Notes: generated by a model from the letters alone, not told the origin. DNA of 63,777 bases, filler included, from 8 parts of 8 records of this genome joined end to end with filler, not necessarily neighbours in it; one strand, 5' to 3'; positions 32,543 to 42,693 are shown, counted from the whole stretch's first letter. Made by a program: numbers and translations.

Positions 32543-33598
32543 TTAATACCCCGAGTATAACCCATCCTGACACATCGCATATACAAGTTGTACATGACGA
32601 TTCGCATTTATTATAGACCACTCGCTGTTATAATTTAAACCATAAGGCCAAAAATGGCTGCCTCCAGTGCTAATCGTAGCATCCGGCCCATCAAATTGTT
32701 CAAGTACTGCCACAGTGTTACTTCCAACAAAGTCGTAATTATCAATTAGTGGATAAGCCCATGCCGAAGATGTTCCAACACCATAGGTATGAGCTATTTC
32801 ATGTAGTGCTGTTCTTTCATTCTGGTAATCGCTGCTGGCACCAAATCTGATATTTCCGTTAATATTTCCATCTGCAGTGGCCACACCAGTGTTATACTCT
32901 ACTGTTAATGTGCGTGGAGCCCAATCTCCCCAGGAATTATAACGAGCTACTGCTGCATCCATTGCTTCTGTAATTCGGGCTAACACATCCGAAGGAACAC
33001 CACTAGTAGTTAATGTCCATGATAGTTGACCACTGGCATTACCGCCATGGGTTAAAGGCTCAAGACGCCATTGCTGATTATTTCCTCCCCAATAAGTCCA
33101 TTGGTTAATATTTGCACTATTTTCGGTAGAAGACTGATAAACGTCCAGTGCCTTACCGCTATTACGATTTATTATGCTATAATAACCAGTTCCTAAATCG
33201 TTTAATAAAAACTGCTGATTGTAGCCTCCCCAGTAGGAATAAGTTTGCACATTGGCACCATCTACAGTGGATTGACCTGCAACATCCATGGCCAGACTTA
33301 CATCACTTAAAGGACAAATTTTATAATATCCGCTCCCTACTGCTGTTATTCTCCATTGCTGATTCGATCCGCCCCAGTAACTATATTGGGAAACATCCCC
33401 GGAGTTTACATTTAAATCAGCAGCCAAATAACTATTACGATTAAACAATACATAATCGCCTTCAATAACTGTTGATTTTAAATAACCGATACTTTCCGGC
33501 TCCGGTGTTACACTCTCCTGCTCACAGCCCGTAAAAACGGTAAGCATGGAGATAATTCCCAACATAATAAGAAGGGAATACCTTACATTTTTTTTCAT
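32543..33598 (-). CDS. Lipoprotein with ricin-B lectin domain and C-terminal HEXXH zincin-like domain
   Basis: FTG-C lipobox; three Q-x-x-YWGG-x-NQQW/F repeats; ALHEIAHTYGVG; HFWPYGLNY. Confidence 0.85.
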   Translation of the reverse strand: MKKNVRYSLLIMLGIISMLTVFTGCEQESVTPEPESIGYLKSTVIEGDYVLFNRNSYLAADLNVNSGDVSQYSYWGGSNQQWRITAVGSGYYKICPLSDVSLAMDVAGQSTVDGANVQTYSYWGGYNQQFLLNDLGTGYYSIINRNSGKALDVYQSSTENSANINQWTYWGGNNQQWRLEPLTHGGNASGQLSWTLTTSGVPSDVLARITEAMDAAVARYNSWGDWAPRTLTVEYNTGVATADGNINGNIRFGASSDYQNERTALHEIAHTYGVGTSSAWAYPLIDNYDFVGSNTVAVLEQFDGPDATISTGGSHFWPYGLNYNSEWSIINANRHVQLVYAMCQDGLYSGY

Positions 33599-33649
33599 AA
33601 TATTTAGATTTTAAGAAATTAACAAGATGCCTGATTTGAGACATCTTTA

Positions 33650-33715
33650 TAAATGTAAGGGGAATAGTATCTGGTGCCTTTTAATTTTTTCGACAAATAG
33701 TTGCGAATATTCGAC
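33650..33715 (-). promoter_or_regulatory. -7-like box and 21-bp-period TTCGAC direct repeat upstream of the ricin gene
   Basis: TACATTTA (minus strand, 33650-33657); TTCGAC at 33689 and 33710. Confidence 0.45.
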
Positions 33716-33920
33716 CAGACTATTTTATGAATATCAGGCTTTTACGAGCCAATGGCAGTAAAATAAGGCGTGCAGAATACCTTATCTTATGAAAAGTAGG
33801 CGTATTCGCACTTTTATTAAAAACGAAAAAGTGTTGCTTTTTTCATAATAATCATAAAATACTACGTTGTAAATTGGAAGTATCTGTCCGTTTGTAACAA
33901 CTCAGGTTCTCAAGGACCAA

Positions 33921-34020
33921 NNNNNNNNNNNNNNNNNNNNNNNNNNNNNNNNNNNNNNNNNNNNTTAATTAATTAANNNNNNNNNNNNNNNNNNNNNNNN
34001 NNNNNNNNNNNNNNNNNNNN
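33921..34020. other. Artificial contig linker
   Basis: N-run with TTAATTAATTAA. Confidence 0.97.
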
Positions 34021-34146
34021 TTTCATGGTTTTGATTACGGACAGTACGGGATCGGCGTTCTTTATCATAGCTTATCTTACCCCAGAGACCGTCCTTTGTA
34101 TAGGAAGAAACAGATTTTAATGAAACGTTGTTTCAAAAAATAAAAT

Positions 34147-35268
34147 CTATCTGGATTCCTTATGATTCAGTTTTCTCACAGAACGGCCTTTGATGAGTTC
34201 GACCGGAACCTCCTGGTGATGGGCGACCGCCTTTCCTTCGATCAGAGCGGACAGGGATTCAAACGCAAGTCTTCCGATTTCCGCTTCGTTCTGCTGCAGA
34301 TGAGTGATCCTCAATAATTGATCATTATGGAACCCGTTGGAGTCGAAGCAGAGAAGGGATAAGTCTTCGGGTATCTTCAGTCCCAACTCAAAGGCCGCCG
34401 CCTCTGCTATTTTTATGACCGTAGACTCCAGCCCGAACAGGGCTGTCAGCTTCGGATTGTCGGTCAGGAAGTCCTTAATCTTCTTTTTATGAGATTCAAA
34501 AACGTTGAGATCATGCCGCTCGTCCAAGCCTTCCAATGAGGTCAGCCAATGATGCTTCGACAACTGAAGGCCAAGCTCTGCGGCGGCGTTTTTGATGCCC
34601 AGTTCTCTCTCTCTGAGGGTCGAGGTCTTGTCTATGGGGCGCGATAGGATTCCTATGCTCTTATGGCCGTTTTCAATGAGATGCATCATCCCCCGGTAGG
34701 CGGCATCCAGGTTGCCGGACACTATGTTTGTGCAGGGGATGTCCTTCAGGTATCTATCGATCAACACGACCGGAAAGTGGTCCAGTATCAATTTGAGCAG
34801 CTCCATGTTGAAAGCCTTCTCATGGGAAGGGTAGATAATGAACCCGTCGACACCGAAGTCTCTGAACTGGTTGATGAGTTTTTTTTCCAACTCGATATTG
34901 TTCTGAGAGATACCGGTCAGGAGGAGGCAGTCTGATTCCTGGGCCAGTTCGGTGATCCTTGTAAAAACTTCAAGGCCGTAGGTATCGGGGTAAATCGGTT
35001 GTATTAATGCGATGACCCTGTGTGTACCCTGCTTCCGGAGACAGTCCTTCTGCGCCGCCTTGATGAAGGAGCCCTTTCCCGGAATCTTCTCGATCAGTCC
35101 GTTTTCCACCGCCAGGTCAAGACCTTTTTGAGCGGTAATCCGGCTCACGCCATAACGCTCGGCCCATTCCGCCTCTGTGGGAATTCGGTCTCCCCTCTTG
35201 TATTCAGAACTTTTAATAGAGTTTTCTATATCTTCGAGAATTCTTCTGTAGATGGGTTTTCTACTCAT
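34147..35268 (-). CDS. AraR-like regulator (GntR HTH with LacI-type sugar-binding domain)
   Basis: IPTEAEWAERYGVSRIT, PGKGSFI, IPEDLSLLCFD; start set at MSRKPIY after GGAGG SD. Confidence 0.9.
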   Translation of the reverse strand: MSRKPIYRRILEDIENSIKSSEYKRGDRIPTEAEWAERYGVSRITAQKGLDLAVENGLIEKIPGKGSFIKAAQKDCLRKQGTHRVIALIQPIYPDTYGLEVFTRITELAQESDCLLLTGISQNNIELEKKLINQFRDFGVDGFIIYPSHEKAFNMELLKLILDHFPVVLIDRYLKDIPCTNIVSGNLDAAYRGMMHLIENGHKSIGILSRPIDKTSTLRERELGIKNAAAELGLQLSKHHWLTSLEGLDERHDLNVFESHKKKIKDFLTDNPKLTALFGLESTVIKIAEAAAFELGLKIPEDLSLLCFDSNGFHNDQLLRITHLQQNEAEIGRLAFESLSALIEGKAVAHHQEVPVELIKGRSVRKLNHKESR

Positions 35269-35450
35269 TAAACACCCTCCCCTATATAGGCTAGTCCAGG
35301 AATCTATAGATGTCAATATATTGAGTACTCATTTGATAGTTTTAGTAAATCGTTATATGAAAATAAAATATGATAGTCTGATGTTTATTATTTACAGCTG
35401 GTCAGTGCTGTGATACTTTGAGTATGTATATAAGCCATTAGGAGATATCT

Positions 35451-36791
35451 ATGAAGATTAAGCGTATTTTAATTCCAGCTCTTGTTCTTTTAACCAGTTT
35501 TTCCTGGGCCGCTGGCCAGCAGGAACAGGGGACAACCATCAGAGTCGCTCATTTCTATGATTCCATGGGAGATGAAAACCATCAGATCTGTGTGAAATGG
35601 CTGGAGGGGATCAAATCCGATTTTGAAGCGGCCAACCCCGACATCTCTGTGGAGTATGAACAGCTGAAATGGGATGAGATCGATGTGAAAATGATGTCTG
35701 ACCATCGTGCGGGAATCAGTGAGCATGATCTGACTCTGTCTTCTCCTCAGATGATGCCTCAGCACGCTCTGGTGGGCGATCTTGCCGATTTGACTCCCTT
35801 TATCGAACGAGACTGGGATGCTGCTGAGCTAAGCGAATTCTCATGGGCATCCTCCTGGGAAAAGATGAAGCAGAACGGAAAACACCTTGGAATCCCTTTC
35901 GGAAATCATTCCAGACTTCTTATCTATAACAAAACGATGTTCGAGGAAGCCGGGCTGGATATGGATAAGCCTCCCCGTACTATTGACGAACTGATCTCTA
36001 TGGCAAAAAAACTAACCCTGGATAAAGATGGGGATGGCGAGATAGACCAGTACGGACTTGGAATCGCCCTGGGTGCCGATAGAGCGACAATTGAAGCCTC
36101 TTTTGCTCCCCTTATCTGGGGATTCGGAGGCGAGCTTTGGGATCCGGATACGAAGGAAGCGGTATTCGCCGACGACAATGGTGTGAAAACAGCGGAACTG
36201 CTCTACGAAATGGTGAATGAAAGCGGAGTCGTCTCTCCCGCCGCCGTTGTCAAAGATTACTCCAGAAATATATTTGATTCCGTACTCCAGGAAGAGGTGG
36301 CTATGGCTCTCGGCTGGGGGTCATACTGGACCGGTGTCCTGGAAGAGTTAGGCTATGTTGAGGGAATATTCCCCCCCACCGTAGAGGGTGAAATGACAAA
36401 GGTAGGAGTTTTTCCCTATCCGACGTCCGTTCAGGCAGGATTCGTTAACTGTTGGGCTTTATCCATGTACGAACGGTCCGAGAACAAAGAGGCCGCCTGG
36501 AAGTTCATGAATTTCATCATGCAGCCCCAGTATCTCAGGAATTATCCCGATGCCGGACTCCCTATCAGAAAAAGCGAATGGGAGCTTCCCGAATATGGGA
36601 CACAGTTTTACAAAGAGTTCTACGCGTCTATCGAGAAGGGACGGCCTATGCCTTCGACAGCCCATTACGGAGAGTTGGCCGATACGGTCTATGCCGCTCT
36701 TCAGGAGATTATGAACGGGGAAAAATCTGATATCCCCGCGATTTTAAAGGATGCGGAAGACAGATACAACGCAAGCTACAAAGGCGAGTAA
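35451..36791 (+). CDS. Sugar ABC transporter substrate-binding protein
   Basis: Spirochaete-style signal (FSWAAGQQE), LIYNKTMFEEAGL, KEAAWKF. Confidence 0.9.
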   Translation: MKIKRILIPALVLLTSFSWAAGQQEQGTTIRVAHFYDSMGDENHQICVKWLEGIKSDFEAANPDISVEYEQLKWDEIDVKMMSDHRAGISEHDLTLSSPQMMPQHALVGDLADLTPFIERDWDAAELSEFSWASSWEKMKQNGKHLGIPFGNHSRLLIYNKTMFEEAGLDMDKPPRTIDELISMAKKLTLDKDGDGEIDQYGLGIALGADRATIEASFAPLIWGFGGELWDPDTKEAVFADDNGVKTAELLYEMVNESGVVSPAAVVKDYSRNIFDSVLQEEVAMALGWGSYWTGVLEELGYVEGIFPPTVEGEMTKVGVFPYPTSVQAGFVNCWALSMYERSENKEAAWKFMNFIMQPQYLRNYPDAGLPIRKSEWELPEYGTQFYKEFYASIEKGRPMPSTAHYGELADTVYAALQEIMNGEKSDIPAILKDAEDRYNASYKGE

Positions 36792-36792
36792 T

Positions 36793-37659
36793 GTGAATAA
36801 AAAAAACAATCCGTATATCATGGTTCTGCCTTCAGTACTGATATTAGTGATTTTCCTGCTGGGACCTGTCCTGGCAGGTTTATTCATGAGTCTGAATAAA
36901 ACGAAAATGACCGGCGAAGTCATATTCGTCGGATGGGGAAACTACAAACAGCTTATTCAGGAAGGGGATCGTTTTGCCAATAACATGAGGGTTTCGCTTA
37001 GCTATGTTGTTTCAAATGTCCTTCTGACCATCCCCATGTCCTATATAACGGCTCTTCTTATTACTAGAAAAAGCTGGATTTCGGGGTTCTTCCGGAGTAT
37101 TTATCTGATACCCTGGATTACGGCTCCTGTCGTAAGTACATTGATGGTCCGTTCTATGCTGGATCCGGATCTCGGTATCATTCATCAGATTGTCAAGTTC
37201 ATGGTTAAACATGATATATATATACTCAATGACGGCGGAACGGCCCTGATAGCTATTATCCTGCACAGTTTCTGGCGTTCCTATCCGTTTATCATGCTCT
37301 TCCTGGCGGCAGGGATCTCAACCATACCCGATTCTCTTTACGAAGCGTCCAAGGTAGACGGCGCCGGTAAGGTAATGTCTTTTTTCCATATCACTCTGCC
37401 CATGACTTTGAATCAGTTGTGCGTCGGAGTTTTGATGATTACGATTTGGACTCTCCATGATTCGGAGTCGATCTATGCCTTTACCAAGGGAGGGCCCGGT
37501 TACTCGACGGAGGCTTTGTCCGTAAGGCTGTTCAAGAGTTCATTTGTAAACTTTGATTTGAATATGGGCTCTACAATCGGCGTCATCCTTATCTTCATCA
37601 GCCTCTTCTTCATGTTTTTCTATCTGAAGCTTATGATCCGCGGAGGCGATGCGGAATGA
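36793..37659 (+). CDS. Sugar ABC transporter permease
   Basis: GTG start; EAA loop LYEASKVDGA...FFHITLP. Confidence 0.92.
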   Translation: MNKKNNPYIMVLPSVLILVIFLLGPVLAGLFMSLNKTKMTGEVIFVGWGNYKQLIQEGDRFANNMRVSLSYVVSNVLLTIPMSYITALLITRKSWISGFFRSIYLIPWITAPVVSTLMVRSMLDPDLGIIHQIVKFMVKHDIYILNDGGTALIAIILHSFWRSYPFIMLFLAAGISTIPDSLYEASKVDGAGKVMSFFHITLPMTLNQLCVGVLMITIWTLHDSESIYAFTKGGPGYSTEALSVRLFKSSFVNFDLNMGSTIGVILIFISLFFMFFYLKLMIRGGDAE

Positions 37660-38465
37660 AAAGAGTCGTCATCAACATATTGGAAATCCTGCTCTATGTC
37701 GCCGTTGCCGTGTTTGCTTTGACGCCCCTGCTCTGGGGCTTGAAGATTTCACTGGCCCCCGCTCAGGATCTGAAGATTATTCCTTCCAGCCTGACCCTTG
37801 AGCATTACAGGAAATTGCTCCAGAAGAAAGAAGTTATCATCTACTTCTTCAACAGCATGAAAATCGCTCTGGGAGCCCTGGCAATCGTCTTTCCCGTATC
37901 CTTGACCGCCGCTTACGGATTGGCCAGATACAAATTCAAGGGACGAGTTTTTCTGGGAGTAAGCTTTCTTATCCTGCCGATGCTGCCGGCCACGGCCATC
38001 CTGGTCCCTCTGGTTTCATATTTTAACAGGCTCGGCCTATACAATACCCTTTTGTCGGTTACCATTGTCCACTCCATATTCAATATGCCCCTGGCCATAT
38101 GGATGCTCCGGAACTTCATCATCAATACGCCCGTAACCATCGAAGAGGCGGCTATGATCGACGGTTTGAATCCGCTTCAAACCCTTTTCAGAATCACCCT
38201 CCCGATGATCGCGCCGGGCATCGTCTCCGTACTGGTGTATGTATTTATCAACTGTTGGAATAACTATACCTATTCCTACGCCCTTACGACGTCCCAGTCC
38301 TACAGGGTTCTGTCTCAGGGCGTCCTCAGCTTCCTCGGTTCATGGGGAACCTATTGGGGCGGACTTACCGCTATCGGCATCATCACTCTTATCCCGCCCA
38401 TACTGCTTTTTCTGATTTTTCAGAAATGGTTTGTCGCCGGTATGTTTGGAGAGTCTCTGAAATAG
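37656..38465 (+). CDS. Sugar ABC transporter permease
   Basis: IEEAAMIDG EAA loop; ATGA overlap with the previous gene. Confidence 0.92.
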   Translation: MKRVVINILEILLYVAVAVFALTPLLWGLKISLAPAQDLKIIPSSLTLEHYRKLLQKKEVIIYFFNSMKIALGALAIVFPVSLTAAYGLARYKFKGRVFLGVSFLILPMLPATAILVPLVSYFNRLGLYNTLLSVTIVHSIFNMPLAIWMLRNFIINTPVTIEEAAMIDGLNPLQTLFRITLPMIAPGIVSVLVYVFINCWNNYTYSYALTTSQSYRVLSQGVLSFLGSWGTYWGGLTAIGIITLIPPILLFLIFQKWFVAGMFGESLK

Positions 38466-38488
38466 GCTGTGGATAGGATGCGGAAGAA

Positions 38489-39514
38489 GTGATTATGCAA
38501 GGTAAAACAACAATACAGGATATCTTCCTTAAGAAAAACAGCTCTCCGGGATTCTGGCTGGGAGATCCCCATGACGAGACCTGGCCGATTTACCTGCGGG
38601 AATCGGGACGGACGTCGCCGGAGGATTTTGAGCGCTGGATTGACGACCCCATCCGCTGGATGAGGCCGGATGGCTGTTACTGCCATCCGGAGGGGGAGGC
38701 GATGTTCGATCCCTATCACGGGATGGGGAAAAGGGTTCGGAATTTGAGTGAAGCCGGCTGTTTGAGCGAATGCGAAACAGCCGCGGAGGTGGATTCATTC
38801 CCCTGGCCGGATCCTGCGTATTTCGATTTCTCTCAATTCAGGAAAGAGATGGACGCGCAGCGGGACAGATTCATATTGACAGGGCTATGGTCCTGTTACT
38901 TTCACCATGCCTGTGATTTTATGGGGATGGAAAATCTCTTTGTCAAAATGCATACCCATCCGGAGGTCGTCGACGCATTAATGGATCGAATCGTTTCATT
39001 TTATGTCGAAGCAAACGACAGATTTTTTACAGAAACGGGAGATGGGGGAGACGTCTTTTTCTTCGGAAACGACCTGGGAAGCCAATTGGATCTGCTGATC
39101 TCGCCCGAGGCTTTCAACAGATTCATCATGCCCGGGGTAAGAAGGCTGGTCTCCGTCGCGAAGAAGCACAATAAATCGGTTCTGCTTCACTCATGCGGTG
39201 CGATTTCCCGGATCATCCCCGAACTGATAGACGCGGGAGTGGACGCTTTGCATCCGATACAGGCCAAGGCGCAAGGCATGGATGCCGAGTCTCTCAGCCG
39301 GTACAAAAACGACATCCTGTTTGTCGGAGGAATCGATACCCAGGATCTGCTTGTCAATGGCGCGCCGCAAGATATCAAAGATGAGGTCCATAGGATATTC
39401 GGGCTTCTAGGTCCCGGACTGATCGTCAGCCCCAGCCATGAATGCATACTGCCGAATGTTCCTCTGGACAATATCATTGCCATGCGGGACGCTGTTAAGG
39501 AGTCTAGCGCATGA
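38489..39514 (+). CDS. Uroporphyrinogen decarboxylase/MtaA-CmuA-family TIM-barrel protein
   Basis: FPWPDP, MGMEN, GNDLGSQ..LLISP, LHSCG, GGIDTQ, SPSHECI. Confidence 0.88.
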   Translation: MIMQGKTTIQDIFLKKNSSPGFWLGDPHDETWPIYLRESGRTSPEDFERWIDDPIRWMRPDGCYCHPEGEAMFDPYHGMGKRVRNLSEAGCLSECETAAEVDSFPWPDPAYFDFSQFRKEMDAQRDRFILTGLWSCYFHHACDFMGMENLFVKMHTHPEVVDALMDRIVSFYVEANDRFFTETGDGGDVFFFGNDLGSQLDLLISPEAFNRFIMPGVRRLVSVAKKHNKSVLLHSCGAISRIIPELIDAGVDALHPIQAKAQGMDAESLSRYKNDILFVGGIDTQDLLVNGAPQDIKDEVHRIFGLLGPGLIVSPSHECILPNVPLDNIIAMRDAVKESSA

Positions 39515-39634
39515 CCTGAAGCCTGCGGTTTAGACGGAGGATACATTATCGCTCCCTCAGACCATTTCTTTGCTGCAGAACCGGAGTCGATTTCAGCTTT
39601 TGCCGAAGAAGCCTGAAGTTGTATTTATACATAA
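39511..39634 (+). pseudogene. Relic of a second UroD/MtaA-family gene (start codon plus C-terminal ~38 codons)
   Basis: 39518-39634 translates EACGLDGGYIIAPSDHFFAAEPESISAFAEEA*SCIYT*; ATG-ACC overlaps the upstream stop. Confidence 0.65.
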
Positions 39635-39661
39635 AAACAGATAGTGAAAACAGGATGTAAG

Positions 39662-42658
39662 ATGATTAACATTATTGAAAAACGGATTGAACGTTTGATT
39701 CGGGAAATATACGCCCAAAAATACAAAGATAACAGAGAGCTTGCGGTTGCGGTGGCAACCGGCAAAGATCCCATACCATACGATGCCATCGATGAGCTCC
39801 CGTTCAGAGAGCTGAAGAAGGGAGAGCGCTGGGGAGGGCTCTGGGATAGCGGCTGGTTCAGGATCACCGGCACTATCCCCGAATCCTGGAAAGGGAAAGA
39901 GGTCGTTGCTCTTGTGGATATAGGAGGAGAGGGATGCGTCTTCAAAGACGGAACCCCTTATTGCGGGATTACCTATAAAAGAACCGATGACTTTTTTGAA
40001 CGAAAAAGGAGAATCGGCATCACCCCCTCTGCCGAAGGAGGGGAGGATATATCTCTGCTGATCGAAGGAGCGGCCAACGGCCTTTTTGGAGAAACGCCGC
40101 CCTGGAGTTCTCCCTGGCCGTATTTCCAATTGAATCAGGCTGAAATCGCCATTTTCGATCGTCGCTCCTGGCAGCTCGCGATGAATATGGAATTCCTTCT
40201 TCAACTCAGTAAAACCCTGGACCCCAAAGGCGTCAGGGCCCGTAAGATCCTTTACGGGCTTAACAAGACGGCAAATCTCACTCCTTTGAAGGAGCGTGTT
40301 GAAGAGGGATTGAAGATTACTGAAGAATTGATTCGAACGCCCGCATCGGCCAGCACTCTTACCGCCTGGTCGGTCGGGCATGCCCATCTGGATTTAGCAT
40401 GGCTATGGCGGTATAGGGAGACAAGGAGAAAAGGGGGCAGAACCTTCTCTACCGCATTGAGGATGATGGAGGAATATCCCGAATATATTTTCGGTGCATC
40501 CCAGCCTCAGTTATTTCAGTGGATCAAGGAGGATTATCCGCGATTATATGAGGATGTAAAAAAAGCGGTTGCGTCGGGACGTCTGGAATGCCAGGGCGGT
40601 ATGTGGGTTGAGCCCGATATAAACATCACGGGAGGGGAATCCCTGATCAGGCAGTGTCTGTATGGGAAAAAATTCTTCAAGGAAGAGTTCGGCGTTGATG
40701 TCAATAATCTTTGGCTTCCCGATGTGTTCGGTTATAGTGCGGCTCTGCCGCAGATTCTGAAGAAATCCGGAATAGGCTATTTCGTCACACAGAAAATCTC
40801 CTGGAACGAGAGCAATGAATTCCCCCATCACAGTTTCATCTGGAAGGGGATCGACGGATCGGAAGTCCAGGCCCACTTTCTTCCTGCAAACGATTATAAC
40901 TCCAATAACGAGCCTGAAAAGATGAATAATGCCTCCTTGCGTTTTTCACAGGCGGATATCCATGACGGTTATCTGAACCTATATGGCGTCGGAGACGGGG
41001 GAGGGGGGCCTTCCCGTCGGCACATCGAATGGGCCCGAAGGGGGCGGGACTGTGAGGGTATGACCAGGATCAAGCCCGCAAAGGCTGCGGATTTTCTTGA
41101 CTATTTGAAAGATAAGGGGACTGTGGATCTCCCTGTCTGGGAGGGGGAACTCTACCTTGAGCTCCATAGAGGCACCCTCACGACTCAGGCCTTAATGAAA
41201 AAGAATAACCGTTTGCTAGAAACGTCTCTCAGGGATACAGAGCTTCTCGGAGCAGTGTCCATGATTTTAAAGGGAGACGAATATAAGCGTTCGGAGATGG
41301 AGCGCATCTGGAAGGAAACGCTTCTAAACCAGTTTCATGATGTGCTGCCCGGTTCCTCTATAAGGGAGGTCTACGAAGATGCCAATGGTATGAGCCGTAA
41401 TAATTTAGCGTCCCTGGACAGGCTGAAGAAGCATCATCTTGAAAAGCTTTTTCCTCAAAAGGACGCGGATGGACTTGTCTTTATCAACACCCAGCCTTGG
41501 GAGAGGACAGAACTTGTGGTTCTGGATGGAAAGGATTACCGGATATGCGTTCCTCCAATGGGCTATTTCAGCTGTAAAAAGAACGATCTGCTGATGATCG
41601 CTTCGAACGGAGATGTGCAAGCCGCCTTGGATGGAAGCCGTTTTGAGAACGGTAAGCTGAGTGTGGAATTAGGGCCTGACGGCCGGATAATCTCACTCTT
41701 GCTGAAAGAAAACGACAGAGAGTTCCTGGGATCGGAAGGCGCCTTCGTCTTTCGGATGTTTGAAGACAAGCCCTACTTTTGGGATGCCTGGGACATCAGT
41801 CCCTATTACAGGGAGACCGAGCCGACGGATGCGGAGATGAAGAAGAGGGTTGTGCTTGAGTCATCAGCAGACAGAGTACGCGTTCAGCAATCCTATGCTA
41901 TCGGGAAGAGTCGCATAGAACAGATCATCGAACTCCGCTCCGGGGAGGATATGCTGCGCTGTGAGTGCACCGTGGATTGGCATGAGGATGACAAGATGTT
42001 ACGGCTCTGTACCGATACGTCCCTTTCCTGGCCCACGGCAAAGTATGAGATTCAGTTCGGATCTCTCGAACGTACGACCCACCGCAATACAAGCTGGGAT
42101 GATGCAAAGTTCGAGGTCTGCGGTCATAAATACATTGATCTTTCCCAAGCGGACAGAGGCCTTACCCTGATGAACGATTGCAAATACGGTCACAGAGTCC
42201 ATGGCGGGCAGATGGAGCTGACCCTTCTTAAGAGTCCGGCATATCCGGATCCCTCTGCCGACCGCGGCGTCCACGAATTCGCATTTGCCTTGATGCCTCA
42301 CTGCGGGATGGCCGGGAATGAAGCGGTTAAAGCATCTCATAACTTCAACAGCCCCCTCCTTATCCTTGAAGGGCATAACGCGGAAAACAGCTCGGGCGGC
42401 TGGTTCAGCTTGGACCATCCGGATATCTGCATTGAAGCAGTCAAGCCGGCTGAAGATGACAATGGAATCATCGTGCGCTGCTATGAAACACAGGGCGGTG
42501 CCCGCCGTTGTTCTTTGAGCACGGCACTTCCATTCAGTGATGTACAGGTCGTGAACCTGCTGGAAGAGGCTGAAGTTGATATACAGCTGAATAGCGGTTC
42601 GGTAGATCTGGATTTCAAACCTTTTGAGATCAAGTCATTGCGGTTCTATAACGCATAG
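39662..42658 (+). CDS. GH38 alpha-mannosidase
   Basis: GHAHLDLAWLW, GGMWVEPD, WLPDVFGYS, GDGGGGP, GELYLELHRG, NQFHDVLPGSSI. Confidence 0.96.
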   Translation: MINIIEKRIERLIREIYAQKYKDNRELAVAVATGKDPIPYDAIDELPFRELKKGERWGGLWDSGWFRITGTIPESWKGKEVVALVDIGGEGCVFKDGTPYCGITYKRTDDFFERKRRIGITPSAEGGEDISLLIEGAANGLFGETPPWSSPWPYFQLNQAEIAIFDRRSWQLAMNMEFLLQLSKTLDPKGVRARKILYGLNKTANLTPLKERVEEGLKITEELIRTPASASTLTAWSVGHAHLDLAWLWRYRETRRKGGRTFSTALRMMEEYPEYIFGASQPQLFQWIKEDYPRLYEDVKKAVASGRLECQGGMWVEPDINITGGESLIRQCLYGKKFFKEEFGVDVNNLWLPDVFGYSAALPQILKKSGIGYFVTQKISWNESNEFPHHSFIWKGIDGSEVQAHFLPANDYNSNNEPEKMNNASLRFSQADIHDGYLNLYGVGDGGGGPSRRHIEWARRGRDCEGMTRIKPAKAADFLDYLKDKGTVDLPVWEGELYLELHRGTLTTQALMKKNNRLLETSLRDTELLGAVSMILKGDEYKRSEMERIWKETLLNQFHDVLPGSSIREVYEDANGMSRNNLASLDRLKKHHLEKLFPQKDADGLVFINTQPWERTELVVLDGKDYRICVPPMGYFSCKKNDLLMIASNGDVQAALDGSRFENGKLSVELGPDGRIISLLLKENDREFLGSEGAFVFRMFEDKPYFWDAWDISPYYRETEPTDAEMKKRVVLESSADRVRVQQSYAIGKSRIEQIIELRSGEDMLRCECTVDWHEDDKMLRLCTDTSLSWPTAKYEIQFGSLERTTHRNTSWDDAKFEVCGHKYIDLSQADRGLTLMNDCKYGHRVHGGQMELTLLKSPAYPDPSADRGVHEFAFALMPHCGMAGNEAVKASHNFNSPLLILEGHNAENSSGGWFSLDHPDICIEAVKPAEDDNGIIVRCYETQGGARRCSLSTALPFSDVQVVNLLEEAEVDIQLNSGSVDLDFKPFEIKSLRFYNA

Positions 42659-42661
42659 GAA

Positions 42662-42693
42662 ATACGCCTCTGCTTCGCTAAGCTGAGGCGTAT
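42662..42693 (+). terminator. Hairpin after the mannosidase gene
   Basis: ATACGCCTC...GAGGCGTAT inverted repeat. Confidence 0.55.
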
